Shown: positions 10,363 through 19,774 of the stretch, piece by piece
Numbering within the stretch: the first letter of the stretch is position 1
How the letters are laid out: every line of letters begins with the position of its first letter
Source of the DNA: Promethearchaeota archaeon
GTDB lineage: Archaea > Asgardarchaeota > Heimdallarchaeia > Hodarchaeales > Hodarchaeaceae
Reading direction: 5' to 3'
NCBI GenBank assembly: GCA_048938105.1
Contig: JBHLMN010000008.1
Location: 32,001 to 96,000, forward strand
Length of the DNA stretch: 64,000 nucleotides
Notes under the pieces: model-generated
What the model was told of the DNA's origin: nothing
Database searches by the model: none
The model's input: only the letters and a program-made list of their open reading frames with translations
Made by a program: the position numbers and the translations under genes

Positions 10363-10370
10363 TTTATAAA
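10363..10370 (+). promoter_or_regulatory. Putative TATA box (TTTATAAA, A-rich upstream) for the RIO kinase leader transcript
   Basis: Canonical archaeal TATA about 340 bp upstream of the RIO start codon. Confidence 0.45.
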
Positions 10371-10419
10371 CAAAAGACAAAAGATTGGAATCATCAATGG
10401 AACGAGGTGTTTCTTGCAG

Positions 10420-10700
10420 TGAGATATGAAAATAAAATAATGAGAAATCTTGTTTTAAGTAAAAGCGAGCAAACACCAGTTATTGTCGCTTAAGTCAATA
10501 ACTTTCATAACTCCTTTTGTTTTCGCTTCTTCTTTAACAAGCAGTCTCTTCTGAGTTATTGTGTTGTTTTACAGAGATTACTTGTTAGCTCAAGTTAGTT
10601 AATGAGTGGTCTCTGATATACGTAGTGGGCACTCTCAAAGTCATTATTGCTCAGTGGGCGCTCTAAATAATTCAGGATTCTCATCTCAAGAATAATCTCA
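10420..10700 (+). ncRNA. Candidate structured 5' leader or ncRNA with uORF upstream of the RIO kinase
   Basis: Nested complementary segments: 10440-10452/10673-10684, 10463-10473/10516-10528, 10478-10485/10496-10503, 10535-10549/10573-10587, 10604-10608/10630-10634. Confidence 0.5.
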
Positions 10701-10712
10701 ATTGATAGAAAG

Positions 10713-11690
10713 ATGAAATGGAAGATATCAAATTTGAGTACAGACCGTAATCAAAGACTTGGATTTGGAAGATTTGGAAAAACTGCCCATGGTAGAGAAG
10801 AATCCTATCAGAGTCGAAGGATTAAAACCAAACACCAATTAAAAGAGATTACTATTACTGAAGCTAAGAATCAGCTCTTAGCTACTGGTGAAATTCGTAA
10901 AATACTTTCAGTAATTGGTGGTGGTAAAGAGGCAACAGTCCTTCTTGCTGAAAATAATGAGGAAGAATTAGTATGTGCGAAGGTATTCCGATATTTCACG
11001 AGTACCATAAGAAAACGTCTTCATGGGACTAAACATCTTCTTCCAAGTGATATGGCGATTTTAGCTGCAAAACAGGAATATTGGAATTTATATGAAATGA
11101 ACCTTCATATTCCGGTACCTAAACCACGATTACTTGTCGATAATGTTGTTATCATGGATTTCATTGCTGAAGAGAGAGGATCAATTAGACCAGCCCCGCT
11201 TCTTAGAGAAGTTGATCTAAAGATGTATGATCCTGAAGAGCTTTTCCATGAATCTATTGATATACTTGCTAACTTATTTTTGAAAGGTTATTTCATTCAT
11301 GGAGATTATAGTGAGCATAACTTAATGTTTACACAGGAAGGTACTCTTATCACAATGGACGTTTCTCAATCAGTTCAATTTAACACTAAGACTTTTATAA
11401 ATACCCCTTTGAGAATTAGAATTGACAGGGCCGTTGAATTCCTCAAAATTGATATAGAAAATATTAATCGCTTTTTCAGGAGAACCTACCATATAGCTAT
11501 TGATCCTAGTGAAGTAATCGAAGCCATCATTAATGAATTACCCCAGAATTTACAAAATTTCTTAAATGAAAAGACTTTGGAAATTTATCCTTCTGCTATG
11601 TATTCTTCTGAAATGTATTTAGGGAAAGAAGGATATCGGGATGAGTTAGTATTTCAAAGGACAGGTACAAGTCGTCAACGACCAAAATAG
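10713..11690 (+). CDS. RIO1-family atypical Ser/Thr kinase/ATPase
   Basis: IGGGKEATV, AKVFR, VPKP, IHGDYSEHNL, MDVSQSV, DIENINRFF. Confidence 0.9.
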   Translation: MKWKISNLSTDRNQRLGFGRFGKTAHGREESYQSRRIKTKHQLKEITITEAKNQLLATGEIRKILSVIGGGKEATVLLAENNEEELVCAKVFRYFTSTIRKRLHGTKHLLPSDMAILAAKQEYWNLYEMNLHIPVPKPRLLVDNVVIMDFIAEERGSIRPAPLLREVDLKMYDPEELFHESIDILANLFLKGYFIHGDYSEHNLMFTQEGTLITMDVSQSVQFNTKTFINTPLRIRIDRAVEFLKIDIENINRFFRRTYHIAIDPSEVIEAIINELPQNLQNFLNEKTLEIYPSAMYSSEMYLGKEGYRDELVFQRTGTSRQRPK

Positions 11691-11968
11691 CAATATTGAG
11701 AAAGAATCGGTGAACATAAGTATTGAAATTTCATGAGAAAGGGGTTGAAAAATTAGAGGAAACAGATAGCTATATTTCTAACCAGATTTCTATTATTTTT
11801 AATTTGAAAAGGAAAAATATTTTATCTGATCAACCACACATTGAACCTTTAAGTAGAATAGAAGAGAATGAAATGAACATGTACATCGTTAAGGCTCAGG
11901 AAATTGTGACAAAGTGGAATGAGGGATTGGAAAACGATTAGTACAAAGAATAGGAGAAGAAGAAGAGA

Positions 11969-12799
11969 ATGAAATTCAATAAAATTGACGAACACCTTAT
12001 TTGGACGGATGTTGGTTATGGAAATAGTGTAGTAATAGACCTAGGAAAAAAAGTGTTTGTGATAGATTCTATGTTTAACTGGGAGTTAGCAACAGAATGG
12101 CGAAGCCTTGTTGAACAAAATTTTTGTAAACCCATATCAGGATTGATACTTACACATCATCATGCTGATCATACCTTTGGAAACCAAGTATTTTCGGATT
12201 TACCTATCATTTCAAGTCTTGAAATTCGAGATATGACAAAGGAATTTGAAGAAGAAGTGTGGATGAAAGAAACACAAGAGGATCTTGCTGAATGGGAAGC
12301 AGGGGGATATGGTGTAAAAAACCTACAGCTCACACATTCAAATCTCTGTTTTGAGAAAAAGCTTTATTTGTATGGAGAAAGAAAATTGGAGCTTATTCAA
12401 GCCAATGGTCACACTAGTGGTAGTACTTATTTATGGGAACCTGAAACTAGGACGCTAATTGCTGGTGATTTGGTTTTCAACAAACAATTTCCTTATGGGG
12501 GAGATGAAACATGTGATATAGTAGTATGGCAAAAGGTTATTGAGAATCTAATTGCTCTAGAACCAGAAATTATCATCAGTGGTCATGGGCCAGTCGCGAC
12601 TATCAAGGATCTTGAAGAAATTAATGAGTTTTTCTTGAGGAGTATTGATTTTATAAAAAATAAGCTAGAGGAAGGATTAGATTTACAAGAAATTACGGAG
12701 GATCCACATTTTCCCGAATACTATTCTCTTGATCGTCTTGAAAGGAAAAAAGTATCAATTGAAAGATGGATGCAGTTTTTTCAAGAAGAGAAAGGATAG
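11969..12799 (+). CDS. MBL-fold metallo-hydrolase
   Basis: THHHADHTFGN, GHTSG, AGDL, SGHG. Confidence 0.9.
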   Translation: MKFNKIDEHLIWTDVGYGNSVVIDLGKKVFVIDSMFNWELATEWRSLVEQNFCKPISGLILTHHHADHTFGNQVFSDLPIISSLEIRDMTKEFEEEVWMKETQEDLAEWEAGGYGVKNLQLTHSNLCFEKKLYLYGERKLELIQANGHTSGSTYLWEPETRTLIAGDLVFNKQFPYGGDETCDIVVWQKVIENLIALEPEIIISGHGPVATIKDLEEINEFFLRSIDFIKNKLEEGLDLQEITEDPHFPEYYSLDRLERKKVSIERWMQFFQEEKG

Positions 12800-12831
12800 G
12801 ATTACATTCCCCCCTGGAGTAGAATAATGAA

Positions 12832-13662
12832 ATGATTGAGCTTGAAATGAATAATTTTGACGAAATTCGATCTCTTTTTTCTTGTTCGGATCATCTTCGT
12901 TTTACTATTGATGCCGTTATTGCTGGAAATAGTCCTGGAAGAATCTGGGTAGATAATCACAACAAACCCACTGTTGCACTTCTTTGGGATACCTATCATT
13001 GTTATTATCTTGGGGGAACTGCAAATAATGATCAATTCAATGTTGATCTAAAGGAACTGCTATTTGATGAAATAATTCCTGTAGTAATTGAAAAAAATAG
13101 GGAGATTTACAAAGTAGAGTATTCATATAAGGAATGGGAGCCCATCCTTGAGAAAATTCTTGAAACCAAATTCCCTGTAAAGGTAGCTCGTAAATTTTTC
13201 ATCTTGGATACCCTATTAACTCGTCAATGGAAAGAGATTCTTCCTTCAAACTTTAAGGTGAGAAAAATCGATAAGAATCTTTTTGAAAGTGATATTCGAT
13301 ATATTGAAAGAATAAGGGATGAGATAAACGAATGTTGGTATTCTGTTGATGATTTCTTAGCGAGAGGATTTGGTTTCTGTTTGATTTATAGTTCGAAAGA
13401 GATGGAGGAAGTTCAAGGTTGGTGTACAGGGGAATACTTCAGTGAAGGAAAGTGTGGGATTGGTATAGAAACCTTTCAAGGCTATCGAAGAAGAGGTTTT
13501 GCCACAGCTATGGCTTCAGCTTTTGTGGAACATAGTTTATCTATCAATATTCAACCTTATTGGGATGCATCTGCAGATAACCATGCATCGGTACGTGTGG
13601 CTGAAAAAGTGGGTTTTAAGCAAATTCAGGACTATTATGTGTTATTTGGGACTTTTAAATAA
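12832..13662 (+). CDS. GNAT family N-acetyltransferase
   Basis: IGIETFQGYRRRGFA (motif A); NHASVRVAEKVGF. Confidence 0.85.
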   Translation: MIELEMNNFDEIRSLFSCSDHLRFTIDAVIAGNSPGRIWVDNHNKPTVALLWDTYHCYYLGGTANNDQFNVDLKELLFDEIIPVVIEKNREIYKVEYSYKEWEPILEKILETKFPVKVARKFFILDTLLTRQWKEILPSNFKVRKIDKNLFESDIRYIERIRDEINECWYSVDDFLARGFGFCLIYSSKEMEEVQGWCTGEYFSEGKCGIGIETFQGYRRRGFATAMASAFVEHSLSINIQPYWDASADNHASVRVAEKVGFKQIQDYYVLFGTFK

Positions 13663-13668
13663 GCTCAA

Positions 13669-14409
13669 TTATCTTTTTTTTCCCACTGTCAAGATGTATA
13701 TCACAAACTGCTTTTCTCCATCAAGATCAAGGATATTGTTTAATTCTTTGTCCTCAAAAGCAGCAATTGCACAAACACCACAGCCAATATTCTCGGCTGC
13801 TAGGTACAGGTTTTGACCGACATGTCCTGCATCAATGTGCAAGTATCGGTATCCTCTCACTCCATATCTCCATGTCATCCTTTCTACAATTGCTACTAAG
13901 AGAAAAGTAACCCCACATGTTTTTACTTGTGATTGATCGAGAGCTGCATTTGTTATCTTTTCTGCAATGTTTTCTTCTAAATTTAATGGAACAAGCTTAT
14001 GGTCAATGGCCAGAAATCTGTAGAGACCTTGTTGCAGTCCGTCAACTCTATTCACTAATAGATAAGTTTCAAAAGCATGACGGGCTCCAGCAGAGGGAAC
14101 TGTGCGGAGAGTAGCCCTGGATCCCATTATCTCCTTAACTCCCTGAGTACACCAAAGCAACCATGATAATTCTATCAAAGAAAGCGAATGATCAGAATAT
14201 TTTCGTACACTCTTACGAGCTTCTATTACTTCTCGTAAGCTTATAGCCATAATTTCTAATTCTTGTGGTTTTGGTAAATCGATTACTTGTTTTGATAAAT
14301 CATAATCTAACTCTAATGGTGGCTGGGAAAGTCCTTTGCTTTGAGCCGACGGCCCCATAAATTCATACTGGGTTTTCTTCATAAATTCTTGACCAATTTT
14401 CTCAGACAT
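13669..14409 (-). CDS. SagB/ThcOx-family FMN nitroreductase-like dehydrogenase
   Basis: RKSVRKY, RTVPSAGARH, RYGVRGYRY, DAGHVGQN. Start assigned to ATG 14409 (MSEKIG). Confidence 0.88.
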   Translation of the reverse strand: MSEKIGQEFMKKTQYEFMGPSAQSKGLSQPPLELDYDLSKQVIDLPKPQELEIMAISLREVIEARKSVRKYSDHSLSLIELSWLLWCTQGVKEIMGSRATLRTVPSAGARHAFETYLLVNRVDGLQQGLYRFLAIDHKLVPLNLEENIAEKITNAALDQSQVKTCGVTFLLVAIVERMTWRYGVRGYRYLHIDAGHVGQNLYLAAENIGCGVCAIAAFEDKELNNILDLDGEKQFVIYILTVGKKR

Positions 14410-14790
14410 TAGTAGCCCTCTAATTTTATTTTGTAATCCTTCTTTCAATGTCGTGTTATTAAATGGGAATAAGAACCTTATTATATTTGATTTGTGAATT
14501 ATCAAAAACAGCTTGAGGATTTACTAATAATTCATTTAAAAGAAAATGATTTGAGAAATAAGAAGAGCTATACAAGAAATTTTATGAATCTAATCTATCG
14601 CAGCTTAAAGTGAAAGAAAGGGGTTGGATTCGACTTTCATAATCGAATGACCGAGACATAATAAATAAAAGAATGTCATTTGATAGTTATTGATAGGGAG
14701 AGAAATCGGTCAATTTAAAATTAAGAGATCAGAATATTTGCCCCTATCTAAGGATTTAAAAATTCAAATCATCTTTTAATTGATCAATGC

Positions 14791-15378
14791 GTGATGAAAA
14801 TGAGAAGGTTTTCCATAATTCTCATACTGGTAACAGTTGCTAGTCTTTTAATAGTTGGGTTTGTCATTTTTTGGGTATTTAACCTTGAAGGAAAAGATAC
14901 TTCTTTTAGAATAACAAGTCCAGCATTTAGTAATGGAACATACATTCCTGATGAATTCACGTGTCATGGATCAGATATAAATCCAGAATTAAATATACTT
15001 AATACACCAAATGGAACAATAACTTTAGCATTGATAATGGATGACCCAGATGCTCAGGATATTCCATGGGTGAGTCGTATTTGGATTCATTGGGTTGTTT
15101 GGAATATCCCTTCCTCAACTGAAGTAATTCCTGAAGGAGACCTTCCTGAAGGTGCTATTCAAGGCCTTAATAGTTGGAGTAGTAATGATTATGGTGGACC
15201 TTGTCCCCCTGCATGGCGTGATCATAGATATTTTTTCAAAGTTTATGCCTTGGATATCGAATTAAACCTTCCTGCTAATTCGACTGGAAAGGGCAGCCTT
15301 TTAGCTGCAATGGAAGGGCATATTATTGATCAAGCTGTATTAATGGGACGTTTCGCAGGCGATGAGGTTAATACCTAA
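14791..15378 (+). CDS. YbhB/YbcL (PEBP/Raf kinase inhibitor-like) protein with N-terminal TM
   Basis: MDDPDA, WIHWVVWNIP, YGGPCPP, HRYFFKVYALD. Confidence 0.92.
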   Translation: MMKMRRFSIILILVTVASLLIVGFVIFWVFNLEGKDTSFRITSPAFSNGTYIPDEFTCHGSDINPELNILNTPNGTITLALIMDDPDAQDIPWVSRIWIHWVVWNIPSSTEVIPEGDLPEGAIQGLNSWSSNDYGGPCPPAWRDHRYFFKVYALDIELNLPANSTGKGSLLAAMEGHIIDQAVLMGRFAGDEVNT

Positions 15379-15430
15379 TAGTTGTTTGATTCGGTATTAA
15401 TTGAGAATCATAAAAAAAAGAAGGGGGAAT

Positions 15431-18400
15431 TTATCTCTGGTGTCTTCTTAATGTTATTAGGATGGCTGCACTGAGTAATGGGATGATCATGAACCCTGGA
15501 GACACTTCTGGTACTGATTCTGATGTATCTGTTCCCGTTGTCGTAGTTTCTGTGGTTTTTGTTTTGGCAGGCTGCGATGTTGTTGGAGTAGTAGGTGGTA
15601 CTGATGTTGTTGTAGGTGGTACTGATGTCGTTGTGGGTGGTACTGATGTTGTTGTGGGTGGTACTGATGTTGTTGTCGTGGGAGGCACTGTAGTTGTAGG
15701 TGGTGTTGTGGTGCTGATGGTGGTAGTGGTGGTAACTATATATTCTGAAGTAAAGGATAATTCACTGGAAAAAGCCGAATTACCAACCATATCCTCTGCA
15801 TAGACCTTAACAATTACTGTGGTTCCTTCCTCAAAGGTGGGTAAGTCTAAAGCGAAATTATTATCGGTAATAAAATTCATCTTAGACACTATCCAGCTAT
15901 TCCCAAAGTCAGTACTATAGTGAGTTTCAACCCTTAAGAGGCCAGAATCTACATCTTCAACATCAGTAGATACAATTACAATAGTAGTCGGATCAATGTT
16001 AGCAGTTGGTGTAATCCATACATTCATTATATTTGGTGCCGTACTATCAGATAGGATAGTAAAGAAATAGGTCATAGAAGTATAAGTAAAACCGGCTTTA
16101 TCAACTACCTTTATGTAAAATTTAACTAATGATCCGATAGCAAAAGGACCAATTATAGATTCGAAATCTGAGTATCCTATTTGCGTTACAGCGGCTGAAA
16201 CTTCAGGAGTACTATCCACTGAGTAGAAAACTTCTACAGACTCAAGTTCAAGTAACGATTGTCCCCAATCCAGAACAGAGAATGTCAGATGTAAATCTTG
16301 GTTGTTATATAAGTGAGTTCCATCGTAAAGATTGTGGTGAATAGAGACGATTTCAGGAGGGTATATATCATCAACCCATACTTCGTCAAAGTATCTGTTA
16401 GCTGATGGATGAGTCCAATTGAGCATGTTATTAACTAAAGTGATTGTTTGAAGATCTACTCTAAAGTTCTCAGTGACTTTACCAAACATATTCTTGTAAT
16501 CAGCAAAGATGGCTTCCCCAGAGAAGATTGCCTTGGACATACCATTTGGTCCAGTATGCCATTCAGCAGCTAGTAGTGTGTAGGATCCTCCAACAAGGGG
16601 AGGATAACCTTCCCAAACATTGTCTGCATCGTGATCCTGATCCATAATAGTACCTGATCCCGAAGTGTTCCAGATCCAATCAGTATAGGGGAGATCTTCC
16701 CAATTAGGCATATCATTAATACCATCGGTAGTACCATTATAAGGCACCACGGGGCATGGGGCATGGAATAGTCCATACTTTACTTCTGAAATGTCGAAAG
16801 CTGTCCAATCTGGGTTGGTTGTGTTTGCAATGATACGATGAATAGCACCATCATTGCTACAATTATCCATAAGGCAATCATCTTGAAGAATAATGTGTAA
16901 TCCCAATTCAACTGCGAGAATGTTCATATCAAAAGGATTATACAAGGCATCATAATCCGAATCGCCTGCAAACCAAATAGCGTGGTCACCCGAATGCCAC
17001 CACATCTTTATTAATGTCCTCTCGCTTTCCGTGAGATATTTTGGTGCATTAAGAATCAAGATATCAGTTACTTCTAAAATAATCCCATTAAGATAATTAG
17101 TGGCAATGACGTTATATCCCCAAGCGGACGCATTCGCAGTGAATCCCTCTATAGCTGTATGATAAGCTTCATTACCATTAAAGACCACGATGTTCGGACC
17201 ACGACCCGTAAATCCTGATGGATCTACAATCCACTTAAACATCCTTTCAATAAGGGTAATCGTGGTGAGTTGAGCAAAACCATTCGCGGAAACCTTACCA
17301 AACATGTTTTTATAGTCGGAAAAGATAGCTTCCCCAGAGAAAATCGCCTTGGATTTATTATTTGGTCCAGTATGCCATTCAGCCGCAAGGAGGGAAATTG
17401 ATCCATTAGTGAGGGGAGGAATAAATTCCCAAGTGTTGTCTCCATCAAAGTCTTGGTCAAGGACTTTACCAAACCGAGAGGTGTTCCAAATCCAATCAGC
17501 ATAAGGAAGGTCGTCCCAAGAAGGCATACCATTTATTCCATCAGTAGTACCATTATAAGGCACCACGGGGCATGGGGCATGGAAGGAGCCATTATAAATA
17601 CCTGTTAAATCGAATTGTGTCCAGCTAGGATTGGTTTCATTAGCTATAACACGGTAGCTAGCATCATCATTGTGGATAGGATCTTCAATGGCATCATCTT
17701 GGAGAATGATATGTAATCCAAGCTCCACGGAGAGATTGTTCATAGCTGAAGGAATATAGATACCACCATAATCAGAATCCCCTGTAAACCAAATAGCATG
17801 ATCTCCAGAGTTCCACCATTTTATGATATATCCTTTTTCTTCCTCGGATATAGTCTTTTGTGCGTTGAGAAGCAGGATATCAGTCATTACTAAAGAATCA
17901 TGGGTTAGAGTTGTGATATCATGGACAAAATAGCCCCATTCTGTAGCGTTTGTCTTAAATCCTTCTATTGAAGTGTGGTCTGCTCCATTTCCATTCCATA
18001 CAGTAATTATGTAATTCCTTGGTATTAATTCAACATCAATAGGGGTATTATCAACTGCCCATGTGATCATTCTTTGAATGAGGGTAATTGTGGAGAGTTG
18101 AGTAAGACCTGTTACGGAAATATAGCTAAACATATTCTTGTAATCAGCAAAGATGGCTTCCCCAGAGAAGATTGCCTTGGATTTATTATTTGGTCCCGTA
18201 TGCCATTCGGCAGCAAGGAGAGGGAAGGATCCATTTGTGAAGGGAGGAATATATTCCCATTTGTTGTCTCCATCAAAGTCTTGGTCAAGGACTTTACCAA
18301 ACCGAGAGGTGTTCCAAATCCAATCAGCATAAGGAAGGTCATCCCAAGAAGGCATATCATTAATTCCATCAGTGGTGCCATTATAAGGCACGACGGGGCA

Positions 18401-19021
18401 TGGACCATGAAAGGAGCCGTTATAAATACCTGTTAAATCAAACTCTGTCCAGTTAGGATTGGTTTCGTTGGCTAAAATACGGTAGACAGCACGGTCATTG
18501 TTGATAGGATCTTCCATGGCATCATCCTGAAGAATTATGTGCAGCCCAAGTTGTACAGAAAGATTGTTCATGGCTGAAGGGATATAGATACCACCATAAT
18601 CAGAATCCCCCACAAACCAGATAGTGGCATCTGTGGAGTTCCACCAAGATTTAATTAAGGTAGATTCGTCCTCAGTGTAGAAATTTTGAGCATTTAGGAT
18701 TAACATTTCTGCAGAGTTCAGTACTGCTGGTTCAAGAATAGTGGTGGTATACACTTCATAACCCCAAGCTGACGCGTTATCTTTAAAACCCTCCACAGCT
18801 GTATGTATGGAGCCATTACCGTTAAAAATAACAATCCGTGGCAGACGTGAGGTTAAGCTCAAGGTTCCTCCTTGAAAATATGCTATTGCTAAAATATTTA
18901 GAGAAATTACTATCAGAAGAATTTTATTCTTAGTGATAAACTTCAATAATCTTACACATCCTACTAGTGGGTTAAATGAGGAAAAAAAACTTGAAAACTT
19001 TGACTTTTGACTGTGATTCAC
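15431..19021 (-). CDS. Large cell-surface protein: three ~275-aa repeats (GATase-like/GIFT-like), two Ig-like domains, Pro/Thr linker, PGF-CTERM-like anchor
   Basis: Three copies of GDSDY...LQDD...FHxPCPV...SGEAIFxDYKNMF; many NxS/T sequons; ends SPGF, hydrophobic helix, RRHQR. Confidence 0.75.
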   Translation of the reverse strand: MNHSQKSKFSSFFSSFNPLVGCVRLLKFITKNKILLIVISLNILAIAYFQGGTLSLTSRLPRIVIFNGNGSIHTAVEGFKDNASAWGYEVYTTTILEPAVLNSAEMLILNAQNFYTEDESTLIKSWWNSTDATIWFVGDSDYGGIYIPSAMNNLSVQLGLHIILQDDAMEDPINNDRAVYRILANETNPNWTEFDLTGIYNGSFHGPCPVVPYNGTTDGINDMPSWDDLPYADWIWNTSRFGKVLDQDFDGDNKWEYIPPFTNGSFPLLAAEWHTGPNNKSKAIFSGEAIFADYKNMFSYISVTGLTQLSTITLIQRMITWAVDNTPIDVELIPRNYIITVWNGNGADHTSIEGFKTNATEWGYFVHDITTLTHDSLVMTDILLLNAQKTISEEEKGYIIKWWNSGDHAIWFTGDSDYGGIYIPSAMNNLSVELGLHIILQDDAIEDPIHNDDASYRVIANETNPSWTQFDLTGIYNGSFHAPCPVVPYNGTTDGINGMPSWDDLPYADWIWNTSRFGKVLDQDFDGDNTWEFIPPLTNGSISLLAAEWHTGPNNKSKAIFSGEAIFSDYKNMFGKVSANGFAQLTTITLIERMFKWIVDPSGFTGRGPNIVVFNGNEAYHTAIEGFTANASAWGYNVIATNYLNGIILEVTDILILNAPKYLTESERTLIKMWWHSGDHAIWFAGDSDYDALYNPFDMNILAVELGLHIILQDDCLMDNCSNDGAIHRIIANTTNPDWTAFDISEVKYGLFHAPCPVVPYNGTTDGINDMPNWEDLPYTDWIWNTSGSGTIMDQDHDADNVWEGYPPLVGGSYTLLAAEWHTGPNGMSKAIFSGEAIFADYKNMFGKVTENFRVDLQTITLVNNMLNWTHPSANRYFDEVWVDDIYPPEIVSIHHNLYDGTHLYNNQDLHLTFSVLDWGQSLLELESVEVFYSVDSTPEVSAAVTQIGYSDFESIIGPFAIGSLVKFYIKVVDKAGFTYTSMTYFFTILSDSTAPNIMNVWITPTANIDPTTIVIVSTDVEDVDSGLLRVETHYSTDFGNSWIVSKMNFITDNNFALDLPTFEEGTTVIVKVYAEDMVGNSAFSSELSFTSEYIVTTTTTISTTTPPTTTVPPTTTTSVPPTTTSVPPTTTSVPPTTTSVPPTTPTTSQPAKTKTTETTTTGTDTSESVPEVSPGFMIIPLLSAAILITLRRHQR
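15591..15690. repeat. 21-bp tandem repeat (about 4 copies plus a degenerate one) encoding VPPTTTS
   Basis: Unit gt(a/g)ggtggtactgatgt(t/c)gtt. Confidence 0.9.
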
Positions 19022-19347
19022 AAATCATTTATGGGGTTAGGTTTTTACTAGTTCCACCTTTATATCTTTTTTGAAAAAGTGTTCTATTAGAAAATCGCCG
19101 TTACATTAGAGTTCACTCGGTTTTTCTACCTATTTCTTTTCTTATTCGATAACAATGAAGATTTTGATTAATTTGACTGATAGAAATGATATCTAAGATT
19201 CTTACCGTTTTATTTTATTTTTTAACTCATATAATGCAAATTGTTTAGAATATAATTATTTTTTAAGTAAGATCTAAGACTCAAAAGGTCTCAATGCCTA
19301 TATTGAAAGGTTTAAAAACTAGTTTTTACTTGATATTAGCTAAGATA

Positions 19348-19366
19348 ATACTTCCGATAATAGTAT
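19348..19366. promoter_or_regulatory. Palindrome ATACT-N9-AGTAT, candidate PadR autoregulatory operator
   Basis: Inverted repeat 12 bp upstream of the PadR-family ATG. Confidence 0.4.
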
Positions 19367-19378
19367 GGGCTGAAGATT

Positions 19379-19762
19379 ATGTCCTTAAAAGAGTCTTTAA
19401 CCGATGATTTGACGAATTGGGTTGCCAAGGAAATTAATCAACTTTCAGGCAGTACTCTTCGCTTAGCATTACTTGCAATCATCAAGAAACATCAATCAAC
19501 TGGCATCTATGGATATGCTATTGGGGAAGAGCTCTTTTCGGATACTAAAGGGGAGTTAGACGGGACAAAAGCCACTTTCTATGCCATTCTTCGACGGTTG
19601 GAGAAAGACCAATTAGTAACATCCGAACTTCAAATGTCTCCAACTGGACCTGCGAGGAAATATTACCGTTTAACTCCTAAAGGTGAGAGAGCATATAATG
19701 CTCTCTGGCAGAATTGGATTCATTATTATGGAATTCTAGAACGTTTAATTGAAGAAAAATAG
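19379..19762 (+). CDS. PadR-family transcriptional regulator
   Basis: YGYAI...ATFYAILRRLEKDQLV...GPARKYYRLTPKG. Confidence 0.92.
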   Translation: MSLKESLTDDLTNWVAKEINQLSGSTLRLALLAIIKKHQSTGIYGYAIGEELFSDTKGELDGTKATFYAILRRLEKDQLVTSELQMSPTGPARKYYRLTPKGERAYNALWQNWIHYYGILERLIEEK

Positions 19763-19774
19763 GAAAGATTGACC

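Noticed and set aside
11723-11941. 72-aa ORF between the RIO kinase and MBL hydrolase
   Set aside because: TTG start and no recognisable motif; may be a remnant, but I cannot support a call.
13669-14409. SagB-like gene as part of a RiPP (azole) cluster
   Set aside because: No YcaO, E1-like protein or precursor peptide nearby; stand-alone SagB-like nitroreductases are common in archaea.
14620-14655. GGGGTTGGATTCGAC resembling a tmRNA 5' end or tRNA fragment
   Set aside because: No cloverleaf or matching 3' end; it is explained by a short inverted repeat (attcga...tcgaat).
15462-15803. 113-aa Val/Gly-rich ORF
   Set aside because: Antisense shadow of the Pro/Thr linker repeat.
16410-18841. 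Diversity-generating retroelement template/variable repeat pair
   Set aside because: All copies are in-frame domains of one ORF, the differences are not adenine-specific, and no reverse transcriptase is present.
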